Shown here: in pieces, positions 50,189-59,135 of the stretch | How the letters are laid out: each line of letters starts with the position of its first letter | Position numbering within the stretch: position 1 is the first letter of the stretch | Assembly (NCBI GenBank): GCA_017441265.1 | Contig: JAFRYE010000043.1 | Span: forward strand, 81 to 64,080 | DNA length: 64,000 nt | Direction of reading: 5' to 3' | DNA from: Lachnospiraceae bacterium | GTDB lineage: Bacteria > Bacillota > Clostridia > Lachnospirales > Lachnospiraceae | The notes under the pieces: generated by a model | What the model was told of the DNA's origin: nothing | Databases searched by the model: none | What the model saw: the letters and a program-made list of their open reading frames with translations, nothing else | Position numbers and translations under genes: made by a program

Positions 50189-50803
50189 TCATTTGACAGT
50201 GTTCTGCTCCAGCAAATACAAAATGACTCTCTCCATCAGGAGTTCGTCCATAAGACTCGTCAGGTCGACTTCCTTCACAAGGGTGTCCCAATCGGCATAG
50301 CTGTACGCCTTCAGAATCTCGGGCTTCAGCTTGATCATGTCATCGTCCGTCAGCTCAATTCCCTCTTCGTCCGCGATCGCATGGAGAACCGACGAACGCC
50401 GGACTTCCGTGTCGGACACCTCCTCGACATGCTTGCGAAACTCGGTCTCGCTCATCGCGTAAAAACGATCCAGATACTCCGCGTAGTCCATGCCATAGAA
50501 CTCCGCCTGCTGTTTGAAGTAGTCGATCGACTCCTCGGTCTTTTCCTCTACCTTGGTCTTCAGTGCCTTGCCGAACCATGACTTTTTGACAACCGCGTCG
50601 ACGATGGCATCCTCCGGCTCGCTCGAGCCGGAATTGACGGTCAGGTGCTTATAATTTCCCAGTCGAACGATCACATGATTTTTCGAAAAATCCGAAAAAA
50701 CGATCAGCGCGATCATCACACATACAAAAAGCAGGATGATCAGAACAACTAAGATCACGCGGCGCAGCTTGCGCCGATCAATTCCTTGTTTCTCTTCTTT
50801 CAC
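50189..50803 (-). CDS. Membrane-anchored protein with a trigger-factor C-terminal-like (chaperone arm) domain
   Basis: N-terminal TM segment. LGNYKHLTV and VLHAIADEEGIELTDDDM blocks resemble the trigger factor linker/C-domain (by recall). Confidence 0.5.
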   Translation of the reverse strand: MKEEKQGIDRRKLRRVILVVLIILLFVCVMIALIVFSDFSKNHVIVRLGNYKHLTVNSGSSEPEDAIVDAVVKKSWFGKALKTKVEEKTEESIDYFKQQAEFYGMDYAEYLDRFYAMSETEFRKHVEEVSDTEVRRSSVLHAIADEEGIELTDDDMIKLKPEILKAYSYADWDTLVKEVDLTSLMDELLMERVILYLLEQNTVK

Positions 50804-50809
50804 TATGTT

Positions 50810-51736
50810 CTACTCTTGTCGTAAGAGTTTGACGATTATCTCTTTGGTCGGGGGCTGCGAGCCCTCCATCATACATGCTCCCGCGGAAACAGCCATCGCA
50901 TACCGAATGATGTCACGGAACATCATATTGGAGTCAATGCAATACGCGATCGCGGCTGTCATGGCGTCACCGGCCCCCACCGGGGACTCTACTTCGACTT
51001 GTTTTGCAGGCACATGAATGCTCTCAAAACCGTCGCAGAACACCGCTCCGTCCGCGCCGAGGGAAATTGCCACAAGCTTCGGTCCCTTGGACTGCAGCTC
51101 CGAGGCTTTCTCCACCGCCCACGCAATCATCGCCTCGCGGCTCTCGAATTTGTTCTTGATCCCGTACAGGGACATCAGCTCGGTAAGATTCGGCTTGATG
51201 TAATCCGGCGACGCTTCCAGTCCCAATCGCAGCAGAGCTCCGCTCGTGTCGAGGAACACCTTGCATCCGCACTGGTGAAGCAACTCCGTCATCTTCTTGT
51301 ACGTGTCGTCCGGAACGCCTGCCGGCGCACTTCCGCTTAAGACAAACAGCGTTCCCGGCTTCGCATGAGCCTTGACCTTGTCGAACAGCTGCTTTAATTC
51401 CTCCGGCTTGATCACCGGGCCCGGCTCGTCGAAGGCGGTCATTCCGAAAATGCTGCGAACCTTCAGATTACTTCTCGTCTCGCCCTCAATGAGAACGAAA
51501 TCCGCCATGATCATCTGCTTCTGCAGCGTCGTCTGGATCCGGCTTCCCATATTTCCGCCGATGAATCCGCAAGCCATGTTCGGTTTGTTCAGCACACGCA
51601 GCGTCTTGGACACATTTATCCCCTTGCCGCCGGCGTCGATGCGAATGTCCTTGAGGCGGTTTACGCCGCCGATGATCAGTTCGTCCACATCCGCCGTCTT
51701 ATCGATCGCGGGGTTCATTGTCACCGTAATAATCAT
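50810..51736 (-). CDS. pfkB: PfkB-family sugar kinase (1-phosphofructokinase/tagatose-6-P kinase type)
   Basis: MIITVTMNPAIDKT N-terminus, GKGINVS, and C-terminal VGAGDAM motif. Confidence 0.85.
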   Translation of the reverse strand: MIITVTMNPAIDKTADVDELIIGGVNRLKDIRIDAGGKGINVSKTLRVLNKPNMACGFIGGNMGSRIQTTLQKQMIMADFVLIEGETRSNLKVRSIFGMTAFDEPGPVIKPEELKQLFDKVKAHAKPGTLFVLSGSAPAGVPDDTYKKMTELLHQCGCKVFLDTSGALLRLGLEASPDYIKPNLTELMSLYGIKNKFESREAMIAWAVEKASELQSKGPKLVAISLGADGAVFCDGFESIHVPAKQVEVESPVGAGDAMTAAIAYCIDSNMMFRDIIRYAMAVSAGACMMEGSQPPTKEIIVKLLRQE

Positions 51737-52551
51737 TGTTCCGTATCCTCTCGCTCAGGTCTTCCCCCGAAGGTGAACTCCGCGTAATCCGGGAGTTCCG
51801 TGCGTCTCGTCAAATAGTCCATATATTCACAGATGGCTTCCGCTGCCGGCCCGACGGCTTCCTTGTACGCCGCCTGCAGTTCCTTCATCACCGGCTTGCA
51901 TACGGAGCTTGCATCCTTCGTCAGCAACAGGCTTGCCACCATATCATTCTTGTCCGCCAGTTTGCACACCGTGCATACGGTCTTGCGCAGGATCGGATTG
52001 TCCGTCCGCGTCAGATGAAGCGAAGCCTTCATTCCGATCAGGCACTGCATGATCGCATCCGCATCAACCCCGAGATAGAATGGGGCGATCACCTCCGCAT
52101 AATCACGGAACACTCCGATGTGGCTCGCCGCCTTGAACGTCATCGGATCGCGGCCGTCGAGCTGCATGAGATAGCGCTCATACTCCATCTCCAGCTTGCC
52201 GTGGGTCACGCCGATCTCTTCCTTTCGACCGTTCACGATCGGATGGCAGTACGCATCAAGGTACAGGTGGCACAACACGCCGTAGTAGTACACCAGCTGC
52301 CGATCGTCCTCCGAATTGCGGATCACCATGGACGCATTGGCGTAAAACTCCGCAAACTGCGTATGGTGGAGCTTATGTCCGAACTTCGACACCGCAGTCT
52401 CCATCCCGAAATGATGATAAAACAACAGATCCGGTCCGTGCAGGCCGATCAAAAACAGCGGCATGTTGTTCCGGATCAACAATCTCGTATCCTTCGGAAG
52501 CGCTTTATAAACATCCGCTCCGAATCGTCTGTGTGCATAACACGAAGGCAT
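51733..52551 (-). CDS. Zinc-dependent phospholipase C family-like protein
   Basis: N-terminus MPSCYAHRRFG...GLHGPD and His-rich blocks recall this family. ATGA overlap with pfkB. AAGGAG RBS. Confidence 0.55.
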   Translation of the reverse strand: MPSCYAHRRFGADVYKALPKDTRLLIRNNMPLFLIGLHGPDLLFYHHFGMETAVSKFGHKLHHTQFAEFYANASMVIRNSEDDRQLVYYYGVLCHLYLDAYCHPIVNGRKEEIGVTHGKLEMEYERYLMQLDGRDPMTFKAASHIGVFRDYAEVIAPFYLGVDADAIMQCLIGMKASLHLTRTDNPILRKTVCTVCKLADKNDMVASLLLTKDASSVCKPVMKELQAAYKEAVGPAAEAICEYMDYLTRRTELPDYAEFTFGGRPEREDTEQ

Positions 52552-52670
52552 GGCAGTAATTCTCCTTTTCACTCGTTCCGCGACGCGCCGATGAAATCCG
52601 CGCTTTATCAGTATATCACAGAACCCGCCTCAATACCATATCAATTTGCCGCGCGTCAGCCGTCTTTTCG

Positions 52671-52717
52671 GAAAATGAAAGACGCCCGGTCACGCGCCAT
52701 CGCGCCCCCGGACGTCT
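52671..52717 (-). terminator. Intrinsic terminator downstream of the GH9 gene
   Basis: The minus strand has a long GC hairpin: agacgtccgg ... ccgggcgtct. It is followed by tttcatttt. Confidence 0.55.
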
Positions 52718-52776
52718 TCGTCTTGCTGCTTTATCGGTATATGGGAACATCATGCTCCCGTGTAGGCATTTTCCGA

Positions 52777-54531
52777 TCAGTCATTCTTCACACAGAGCGA
52801 GTGGAAATACGCTGCCGTGAAGATCGTCGGCGAGTTCCAGTAGATCGCGATCTCGTTCATGTCCGCAAAATCAGTCTCATCGATGAAGGATTTAGCCGCA
52901 GGAATGTCGCCGAGGCGATTCTTCACGGTCGAATAGTTCATCTTATTGTTCGGGCCGCCCGAGATCAGGCCGGGTACCGGCGCCTCGATCCCGTCCGCCT
53001 CCGAAGGGCGATGGTGCGGGAACATGACCTGACGCTCACCGTAGCCGGTGACGAAAGAGATGTCCATCGCGTTGAGTCCGAGCGCGTAATCAAGCTGCAA
53101 AAGCGCCGCGTCGCGCATATCCTCGCGCCCCGTGAGAAGCGTATTCATGATCATCGCCATCGCGTTGCTCATCGAGGTCAGGATGCTGCCCCAGACATAG
53201 TCGTTCGCGGGAATCGCCGTGCCGTAGCCGGACGCCTTCACTACCAGCAGCGCCCATTCGCTTCTGCGCAGGAACGCCTGCTTCAGATCGTCATACAGCA
53301 GCTCGCCGCCGTTTTCCTTCAGATCAAACAGGCAGCACAACGCGCCGAGTCCGGACACTTCCGCCCAGCCGAACTGCGTGAGTTTTCTCACCTCGCGGTA
53401 GAAGCCCTCCGCCGCCTCGCGGTACGCTGTCTCACCGGTCGCCGCATAGAGCTCACAAGCCGCCCAGAACCGCTCGTCGTGGTCCTCGCCGTCGCCGTAG
53501 AACCCGGACTGCAGTTCGAACGGATTGCGGTACGGCCGTCTCTCCGGATGCTCCGTCAGCCATTTCCAGCCAAAGAGCGCCGTGCTCAGACACCGATCCG
53601 CAAACTCCGCATCATACGGACGATACACGCGGGATGCCAGCGCCAGCGCCGCCACCGCATCCGCAGTCGCGGTGCGCGAGATCGGCGAGAGATACTCCTG
53701 CTGGGTGTCATCCTCGGGCATGATAAACGGAGGAAAATGATCCGACGTCAGTTTATGGTAAAATGCGCCGTCGCCGCGCTGCATCTGTAACATCCACTCG
53801 AGCTCGAAGCGCGTCTCGTTCAGAATATCCGGCACACCGTTGCCGGTCTCCGGAATGTTCAGATCGTCACTGCAGCCCTGCGGGAACAGTTTCCACGCAT
53901 ACAGAAGATGAGCGACCGTCACCGCGCCGGGTCCGACGTATTTGCCGTAGTCGCCGGCATCGTGCCAACCGCCCTTGAGCCTTCGCGGAGCGGGTGCCTC
54001 GCCGTACGGTTCCTCCAACGGGATTTCCAGCATCTTCAGGAAGTGAGCCGGAATCTGTGCCCTCACATCCTCCGGGATCGGCGGATCGGGCTTGCGCCAC
54101 TCCTCCGCAAGGCCGGTGTGGCACGCCGGGTGCTTGTAGACCCCCGCATGCTCCTCCAAAAGCTCGTCGCACCGCTGGTAATACAGTCCCTTGATGAGCG
54201 CGTCCGTCACCGCCTGCCACGGGCGCTCCGTCACCTCGATCGCACGGCTCTCGCCGCATCCCGTGAGCGTGTACTTCCCCGGCTGCAGCTCGCCGAGCTC
54301 CAGCATCGCGACCGAATCGCCGGACGCAACATCCTCCTTCGTCTCTACCTTCGGAAAATGCTTCACCTCAGCCCCGTTCGCATCCGTCAGCACATAGTCC
54401 CCTGCAGCCGTCACAACCACTTTCTTCGGAAGGTTCGGCGCATAGCCGAGCTGGTTGACGCGGATCACCGGAAGCGGCTCCCCCTTGCCCGGCTCCTGCC
54501 AGCGCAACGGCTTCTTTTCATTCTCCATCAT
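52777..54531 (-). CDS. Glycoside hydrolase family 9 with an N-terminal Ig-like (CelD_N) domain and no signal peptide
   Basis: GGWHDAGDYGKYV catalytic motif, DISFVTGYG and HHRPS. Start MMENEKKPLRW follows AAAGGGGA. Confidence 0.85.
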   Translation of the reverse strand: MMENEKKPLRWQEPGKGEPLPVIRVNQLGYAPNLPKKVVVTAAGDYVLTDANGAEVKHFPKVETKEDVASGDSVAMLELGELQPGKYTLTGCGESRAIEVTERPWQAVTDALIKGLYYQRCDELLEEHAGVYKHPACHTGLAEEWRKPDPPIPEDVRAQIPAHFLKMLEIPLEEPYGEAPAPRRLKGGWHDAGDYGKYVGPGAVTVAHLLYAWKLFPQGCSDDLNIPETGNGVPDILNETRFELEWMLQMQRGDGAFYHKLTSDHFPPFIMPEDDTQQEYLSPISRTATADAVAALALASRVYRPYDAEFADRCLSTALFGWKWLTEHPERRPYRNPFELQSGFYGDGEDHDERFWAACELYAATGETAYREAAEGFYREVRKLTQFGWAEVSGLGALCCLFDLKENGGELLYDDLKQAFLRRSEWALLVVKASGYGTAIPANDYVWGSILTSMSNAMAMIMNTLLTGREDMRDAALLQLDYALGLNAMDISFVTGYGERQVMFPHHRPSEADGIEAPVPGLISGGPNNKMNYSTVKNRLGDIPAAKSFIDETDFADMNEIAIYWNSPTIFTAAYFHSLCVKND

Positions 54532-54672
54532 GTTGTGTAATCCCCTTTGTGTCCTTGTTTTGTGCGTAATCAAATAGATCAGACCTGATCGGAGCGCCCG
54601 ATACGCAAATCCCGCAGGGGCGCCCCGTTCTGTTCATCATATCATTTTTCGGAAATGATTTCCACGCAAATA

Positions 54673-55851
54673 TCACAGCATCGCGCGATAAATCTCCGCG
54701 CACTGCGCCGCATCGAGCTTCAGGAAGCCCTGGATGCTGCCGTTGCCGCCGTCGCCGTAGCAGAGCACTTCCGTGAGTTTCTCGATGTCCGCCTCACTGC
54801 CGCCGAGCTCGCCGATCGTGCGAGGCATGCCGAGTGACATCAGGAAGCTGCGGAGCGCCTCGATACCCGCCTTCGCGGTCGCCTCGGGATTCGCAAAATC
54901 CATCGGGCAGCCCCAGACGCGGTTCGCCACCTGGGCAAAGCGCATCACGGCATGCGGAAGCTCGTACGTGAACACTGCCGGCATCGCCACCGCAAGACCA
55001 GCGCCGTGTGCGCAGTCATACAGTGCCGAGAGCTCATGCTCCATCATATGGCTGATCCAGTCCTGGCTGCGGCCGACGCCGCAGGAATTGTTGTGAGCCA
55101 TCGTGCCCGCCCACATAATGTTGGCGCGGGCCTCATAGTTGTTCGGATCCTCGATCACACGCGGGCCCTCATGGATCAGCGTCATCATGAGTGCCTCGAT
55201 CATGCGGTCGGTCACCTCGACATCCTCGGTGTGCGTGATATATCTCTCATACAAATGAGCCATAATATCGGTGATGCCCGCCGCCGTCTGATACGGCGGA
55301 AGCGTCTGCGTCAGCGCCGGATTCAGAATGCTGAACTTCGGCCGCAGAACATCGCTGCCCGTGCCGCGCTTGAACATTCCCTCTTCCTTCGTGATCACAC
55401 TGTCCGGGCTCCCTTCACTGCCGGCCGCCGCGATCGTGAGAACCGTTCCCACCGGAAGCGCCTGCTTCACATACGCCTTGCCGCTGTAGAAATCCCAGAA
55501 ATCACCATCGTAGCACACACCCGCCGCAATCGCCTTCGACGAGTCGATCGTGCTGCCGCCGCCGACCGCAAGAACAAAATCCACGCCCTCCTTACGGCAC
55601 AGTTCAATTCCTTCATAAACCAGACCGCTGCGCGGATTCGGCTTTACGCCGCCGAGCTCGACGAACTCGATTCCCTCCGCCGCAAGCGACGCCTTAACCC
55701 TGTCAAGCAGCCCGGAGCGCACGACGCTGCCGCCGCCGTAATGGATCAAAACCTTCGAACCGCCGAATCTCTTCACATAAGAGCCGGCCTTATTTTCACT
55801 CTCTTTACCGAACACAAAAAACGTAGGAGAATAAAACGTAAAGTTATTCAT
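54673..55851 (-). CDS. Iron-containing alcohol dehydrogenase (butanol dehydrogenase/YqhD-like)
   Basis: MNNFTFYSPT..FGKE, GGGS(V/T)IDS, and His cluster HxxxH (HMMEHELSALYDCAHG). ATG 55851 follows GGAG. The 206-codon upstream extension of the ORF runs through the repeats and is not coding. Confidence 0.9.
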   Translation of the reverse strand: MNNFTFYSPTFFVFGKESENKAGSYVKRFGGSKVLIHYGGGSVVRSGLLDRVKASLAAEGIEFVELGGVKPNPRSGLVYEGIELCRKEGVDFVLAVGGGSTIDSSKAIAAGVCYDGDFWDFYSGKAYVKQALPVGTVLTIAAAGSEGSPDSVITKEEGMFKRGTGSDVLRPKFSILNPALTQTLPPYQTAAGITDIMAHLYERYITHTEDVEVTDRMIEALMMTLIHEGPRVIEDPNNYEARANIMWAGTMAHNNSCGVGRSQDWISHMMEHELSALYDCAHGAGLAVAMPAVFTYELPHAVMRFAQVANRVWGCPMDFANPEATAKAGIEALRSFLMSLGMPRTIGELGGSEADIEKLTEVLCYGDGGNGSIQGFLKLDAAQCAEIYRAML

Positions 55852-56024
55852 AAAAACTCCTTTCGATAAAAACGCCCGGAATATCTGATTGCACTTACTA
55901 CCGCAATGAAGTGAATGATGATTGCCGCCACAGTTAATGAACGATTCACCCTGCGGCATTTCCGGCTTGGGCACGGCTGTGACTGTGCAACGGACGTCTC
56001 GGCAATCCGGCTGTACGCACGGCC

Positions 56025-56320
56025 GCAGCGAAATCGATTTGCATGACTGTAGCCGCGCGGAGGCATTGCACTTTGGCAATCCAGACATGCGTGAGACCGC
56101 GGCGAAACCGATTTGCATGACTGTAGCCGCGCGGAGGCATTGCACTTTAGCAATCCAGACATGCGCGAGGCCGCAGCGAAACCGATTTGCATGACTGTAG
56201 CCGCGCGGAGGCATTGCACTTTGGCAATCCAGATATGCGCGAGACCGCAGCGAAACCGATTTGCATGACTGTAGCTGCGCAGAGGCATTGCACTTTGGCA
56301 ATCCAGACATGCGCGAGGCC
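56025..56320 (+). repeat. Four head-to-tail 74-bp direct repeats (A units); a degenerate copy lies upstream (~55951-56024)
   Basis: Unit starts at 56025, 56099, 56173 and 56247. Consensus gcagcgaaaccgatttgcatgactgtagccgcgcggaggcattgcactttggcaatccagacatgcgcgaggcc. Copies differ by a few substitutions. Confidence 0.9.
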
Positions 56321-56550
56321 GCAGAAAGCCGTTTCAAGTCTGTCCGAGCGAAGCGAGTTGCGCCGAAACGGCTTTCGCTTTGCGGGTGAAGCGAATGTCG
56401 GATTGCCGTGCGGCTGATGCGCGGATACAGTCGCGCAAATCCGGCTTTCGCTGTGCGGGTGAAGCGCACGGCGGATTGCGTGCAGCTGATGCGCGGATGC
56501 AGTCACTCAAATCCGGCTTTCGCTGTGCGGGTGAGGCGCACGGCGGATTA
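56321..56550 (-). repeat. Inversion junction plus about 2.5 diverged 72-74-bp copies of the same unit in opposite orientation (B units)
   Basis: 12-bp inverted repeat gaaagccgtttc (56324-35) / gaaacggctttc (56365-76). tgcgggt recurs at 56381, 56454 and 56526. The reverse complement of the B units aligns with the A blocks cgaaa.cc.gatttg, tgactg, ccgcgc and caatcc. The last copy abuts the SDR stop codon. Confidence 0.8.
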
Positions 56551-57300
56551 CCTTGCGTAAGGGCTGTCAAACTCAGTTTCGCACTTCTTCACTGCATTTT
56601 CCAAAGTCATCCCGGTGAACGACTGCGCCCCAAGGTGCCGTCCGGATTTTTTGTCATCGGCAAAGACGCCAACCACGATGCCGGGAATGGTGCTCTCCGG
56701 AGAATTCGGAGCCGCGGGGCCGCCGAGATCGGTACGGCACCAGCCGGGATCGGCAAGGTTGATCATGACGTCGGTGCCCTGAACCGTCGAACCGAGGTCA
56801 ATCGTGAACTTGTCCAAAGCCGCCTTGCTGGCCGAGTAGCCGGCCTGACATACGTCAAGAGCAATGCCGCTGGTCGTGTTGACGATGCGCCCGGTACCGC
56901 GGGCGATCATTTTCGGCATGAAATGATAGCAGATCATGGCCGGAGCGATCGTGTTGACGGCGAAGCTGACGGTGAAATCCTCCACCGGCGTCGAAAAATG
57001 ATTCTTCCGGTACGCGATCTGAAGTCCCGCATTGTTGAGCACGATGTCCACCGGAACCTCGAGTCCGTCGATCTCCTCGCACATGCGTTTAACCGCGTCA
57101 AGGTCACCCAGATCCGCCTCCACGGCATACGCCTGAACGCCGTACGCTTTTACTTCCCGAAGCACCTTCTCCGTGTGCTCCAAACTGCGGCTGTGCAAGA
57201 TCAGATTGCATCCCTGCCGCGCCATAAACTGCGCGGTGAGAAAGCCGATGCCGCGGGCCGCGCCGGTGATCAGCGCCCATTTTCCTTTGACGTCATACAT
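56548..57300 (-). CDS. SDR-family oxidoreductase
   Basis: TGAARGIG Rossmann motif, NNAG, and catalytic YSASK. Confidence 0.9.
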   Translation of the reverse strand: MYDVKGKWALITGAARGIGFLTAQFMARQGCNLILHSRSLEHTEKVLREVKAYGVQAYAVEADLGDLDAVKRMCEEIDGLEVPVDIVLNNAGLQIAYRKNHFSTPVEDFTVSFAVNTIAPAMICYHFMPKMIARGTGRIVNTTSGIALDVCQAGYSASKAALDKFTIDLGSTVQGTDVMINLADPGWCRTDLGGPAAPNSPESTIPGIVVGVFADDKKSGRHLGAQSFTGMTLENAVKKCETEFDSPYAR

Positions 57301-57500
57301 ACCGTTGTCCTACCTTTCCCATTATTGTATAACAAACTATGCTGAAAAGAAACCTCAAACCGAAAAACCTTTCGGCAGCAGTCGCGATCTGATCCCGCAG
57401 AAGCGTCGGAATCAGATCGGAGCCGCACATGGAGGATTTTTTCTGAGCAACGATGAATTCCTCTTTGATACCGCTGTACCCTACACTAAAACTGTTTCAC

Positions 57501-57529
57501 TTGATTTTCAATGTAATTAGGAATACACT
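57501..57529 (+). promoter_or_regulatory. Candidate sigma-A promoter (TTGATT-17-TACACT) for the ECF sigma operon
   Basis: Found on the plus strand about 170 nt upstream of the sigma factor ATG. Confidence 0.4.
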
Positions 57530-57698
57530 TTATGTTGAATATTGTTTTTCCGAACACGCACCGGGACGCATTTTCTTTTTCTCCGGTTGCGTATTTTTCT
57601 CCATAAAACAACGCGGTTCCCCCGTATCTATTGCAGAATGGACGATGAGACCTGCATTTTCCAAAATGCCCTGCCGGGGAAATCGGGAAGGAGTTTGC

Positions 57699-58229
57699 AT
57701 GACGGACCGGGAATTTGCCGAGTCCCTCGAAGCGATCCGCGCACGCGACCAGAGCGGTCTGATCCGGATTTACAACGAGTATTCCGCGTATTTGTATCAG
57801 ATCGTCTTTTCCGTGGTCGGCAGCAAGGAGGACGCCGAGGACATCACGTCGGACCTTTTCCTGAAACTTTGGGAAACGCCGCCGGCGTACCGACCCGGCA
57901 ACGGACATAAAGGATATTTGGCGACCATCGCCCGGAACCGGGCCATTGACAGTCTGCGTGCGTCGCAGCGTGTAATTCCGACGGACTTTCTCGAGGAGCC
58001 GCAGCTCGGCGCCGTACCGTCTTCGGAAGAGGAACTTGTCAACGAGATGGCCGTGGAACAGATTTTGGCAAAACTCTCGCCTTCGGAGCGCGAGATAGTT
58101 TCGATGAAGCATTTGATGGGATTGACATTCCGTGAGATCGCCGAGGCAACCGGCCGTCCTCAGGGAACCGTCGCCTGGGTCTACCGGGAAGCATTAGCTA
58201 AGATAAGGAGGTGCGGATATGACCGATGA
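57699..58229 (+). CDS. ECF-type RNA polymerase sigma-70 family factor
   Basis: Region 2 (DAEDITSDLFLKLW, YLATIARNRAIDSLR) and region 4 HTH (LSPSEREIVSMKHLMGLTFREIAEATGRPQGTV). ATG 57699 follows GGAAGGAG; the upstream ORF part is non-coding. Confidence 0.85.
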   Translation: MTDREFAESLEAIRARDQSGLIRIYNEYSAYLYQIVFSVVGSKEDAEDITSDLFLKLWETPPAYRPGNGHKGYLATIARNRAIDSLRASQRVIPTDFLEEPQLGAVPSSEEELVNEMAVEQILAKLSPSEREIVSMKHLMGLTFREIAEATGRPQGTVAWVYREALAKIRRCGYDR

Positions 58230-59064
58230 CAAATATCGTTTAACATCAGAGACAGCCAACCGCGCCATCCCTGAAACCACCCCCGACACGGAGGATTTTC
58301 CGCCGATGCCGGAGTGGGAAGCAGCATTTCAGCAATACGCCAAGGAGACGGCGCCGGATCTTCTGCCCGGCATCCTTGCGAAGATCGACTCCGGTGAGGC
58401 ATCCCGCAAGCCCGCCGAGAAGCCGGTGACTGAAAGCCCGCCTTCGAAGGGGCGCACCGGGAAAATGATCCCTTTCCTGTTCCGCGCTTCCTGCGTCGCC
58501 GCGGCAGTGCTCGCAGTAGCTATCTGCTTCAGCCTGTTCCGGGGAATCAGTCACGAGAACAGCGCGGACAACACATCGAGTTACAATGACGAGATAACTC
58601 CTTCGACATGGCCTAGCGCTTCGATAAAATCAGAACACGAGGAAGACACACTCCATCAGGATCTTTCTCCTCAGTTCCCTTCGGAGGAAGCACCGAGAGC
58701 AAAAGACCCCGAGCATTACGGGTACCGATGGGATGCCTATGCTCCCGGCGGAATCGCTCCCACCCCGAGTTCGTTTTTCGGTTGGTCGGTAGATGATAAA
58801 AGTATTACCCTGCACTCGTTCGCCGAACCGTTAACGAAGACTACGCTCCGTGATGTGACGATTTGCGGTCCTATCCCTCTTACTACCGTCGCGGTGTATG
58901 AGCTGAAGTCTCCCACCCTGAGCGGTGATCCCGTATATGTCCGGATTGACGAGGAATACCCTACCGGTCATTACAAGTTCGTTAATATCACACACGACGG
59001 TGAAGACGGTGAGGACGAAAAAGTCACCATCTATCGGATTTACGCCGCCGAACGCGACGAATAG
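58219..59064 (+). CDS. Putative anti-sigma factor (single-pass membrane protein)
   Basis: Overlaps the sigma gene by 11 nt, with an AAGGAGG RBS. One TM segment (FLFRASCVAAAVLAVAICFSLF) precedes an extracytoplasmic domain. No zinc-binding HxxxCxxC motif. Confidence 0.6.
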   Translation: MTDDKYRLTSETANRAIPETTPDTEDFPPMPEWEAAFQQYAKETAPDLLPGILAKIDSGEASRKPAEKPVTESPPSKGRTGKMIPFLFRASCVAAAVLAVAICFSLFRGISHENSADNTSSYNDEITPSTWPSASIKSEHEEDTLHQDLSPQFPSEEAPRAKDPEHYGYRWDAYAPGGIAPTPSSFFGWSVDDKSITLHSFAEPLTKTTLRDVTICGPIPLTTVAVYELKSPTLSGDPVYVRIDEEYPTGHYKFVNITHDGEDGEDEKVTIYRIYAAERDE

Positions 59065-59081
59065 AAAACACTGAACAAGAA

Positions 59082-59110
59082 AAGGAGTTGATCCCGCGGA
59101 TCAACTCCTT
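59082..59110. terminator. Bidirectional terminator between convergent genes
   Basis: aaggagttgatcc-cgc-ggatcaactcctt. T-rich downstream on plus; A-rich upstream, which serves the minus strand. Confidence 0.7.
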
Positions 59111-59135
59111 TATTGTTGTCTAGATCAGGTTGTCA

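Noticed and set aside
55852-56469. The N-terminal 206 codons of the 598-aa ORF that contains the Fe-ADH, plus several other ORFs (55848-56288, 56147-56506, 56334-56570 and others) over the repeat array
   Set aside because: The ADH has a canonical N-terminus (MNNFTFYSP) with its own GGAG RBS at 55851. The upstream 'protein' is just the 74-bp repeats read in frame (Cys/Arg-rich nonsense repeated in several frames).
56025-56550. Possible CRISPR array
   Set aside because: The entire 74-bp unit is repeated with no unique spacers. Part of the array is inverted, and no cas genes or leader are present.
57340-57393. A 17-codon plus-strand ORF (MLKRNLKPKNLSAAVAI), plus other tiny ORFs in the SDR/sigma intergenic region
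   Set aside because: No RBS, very short, and it overlaps predicted hairpins, so there is no support for translation.
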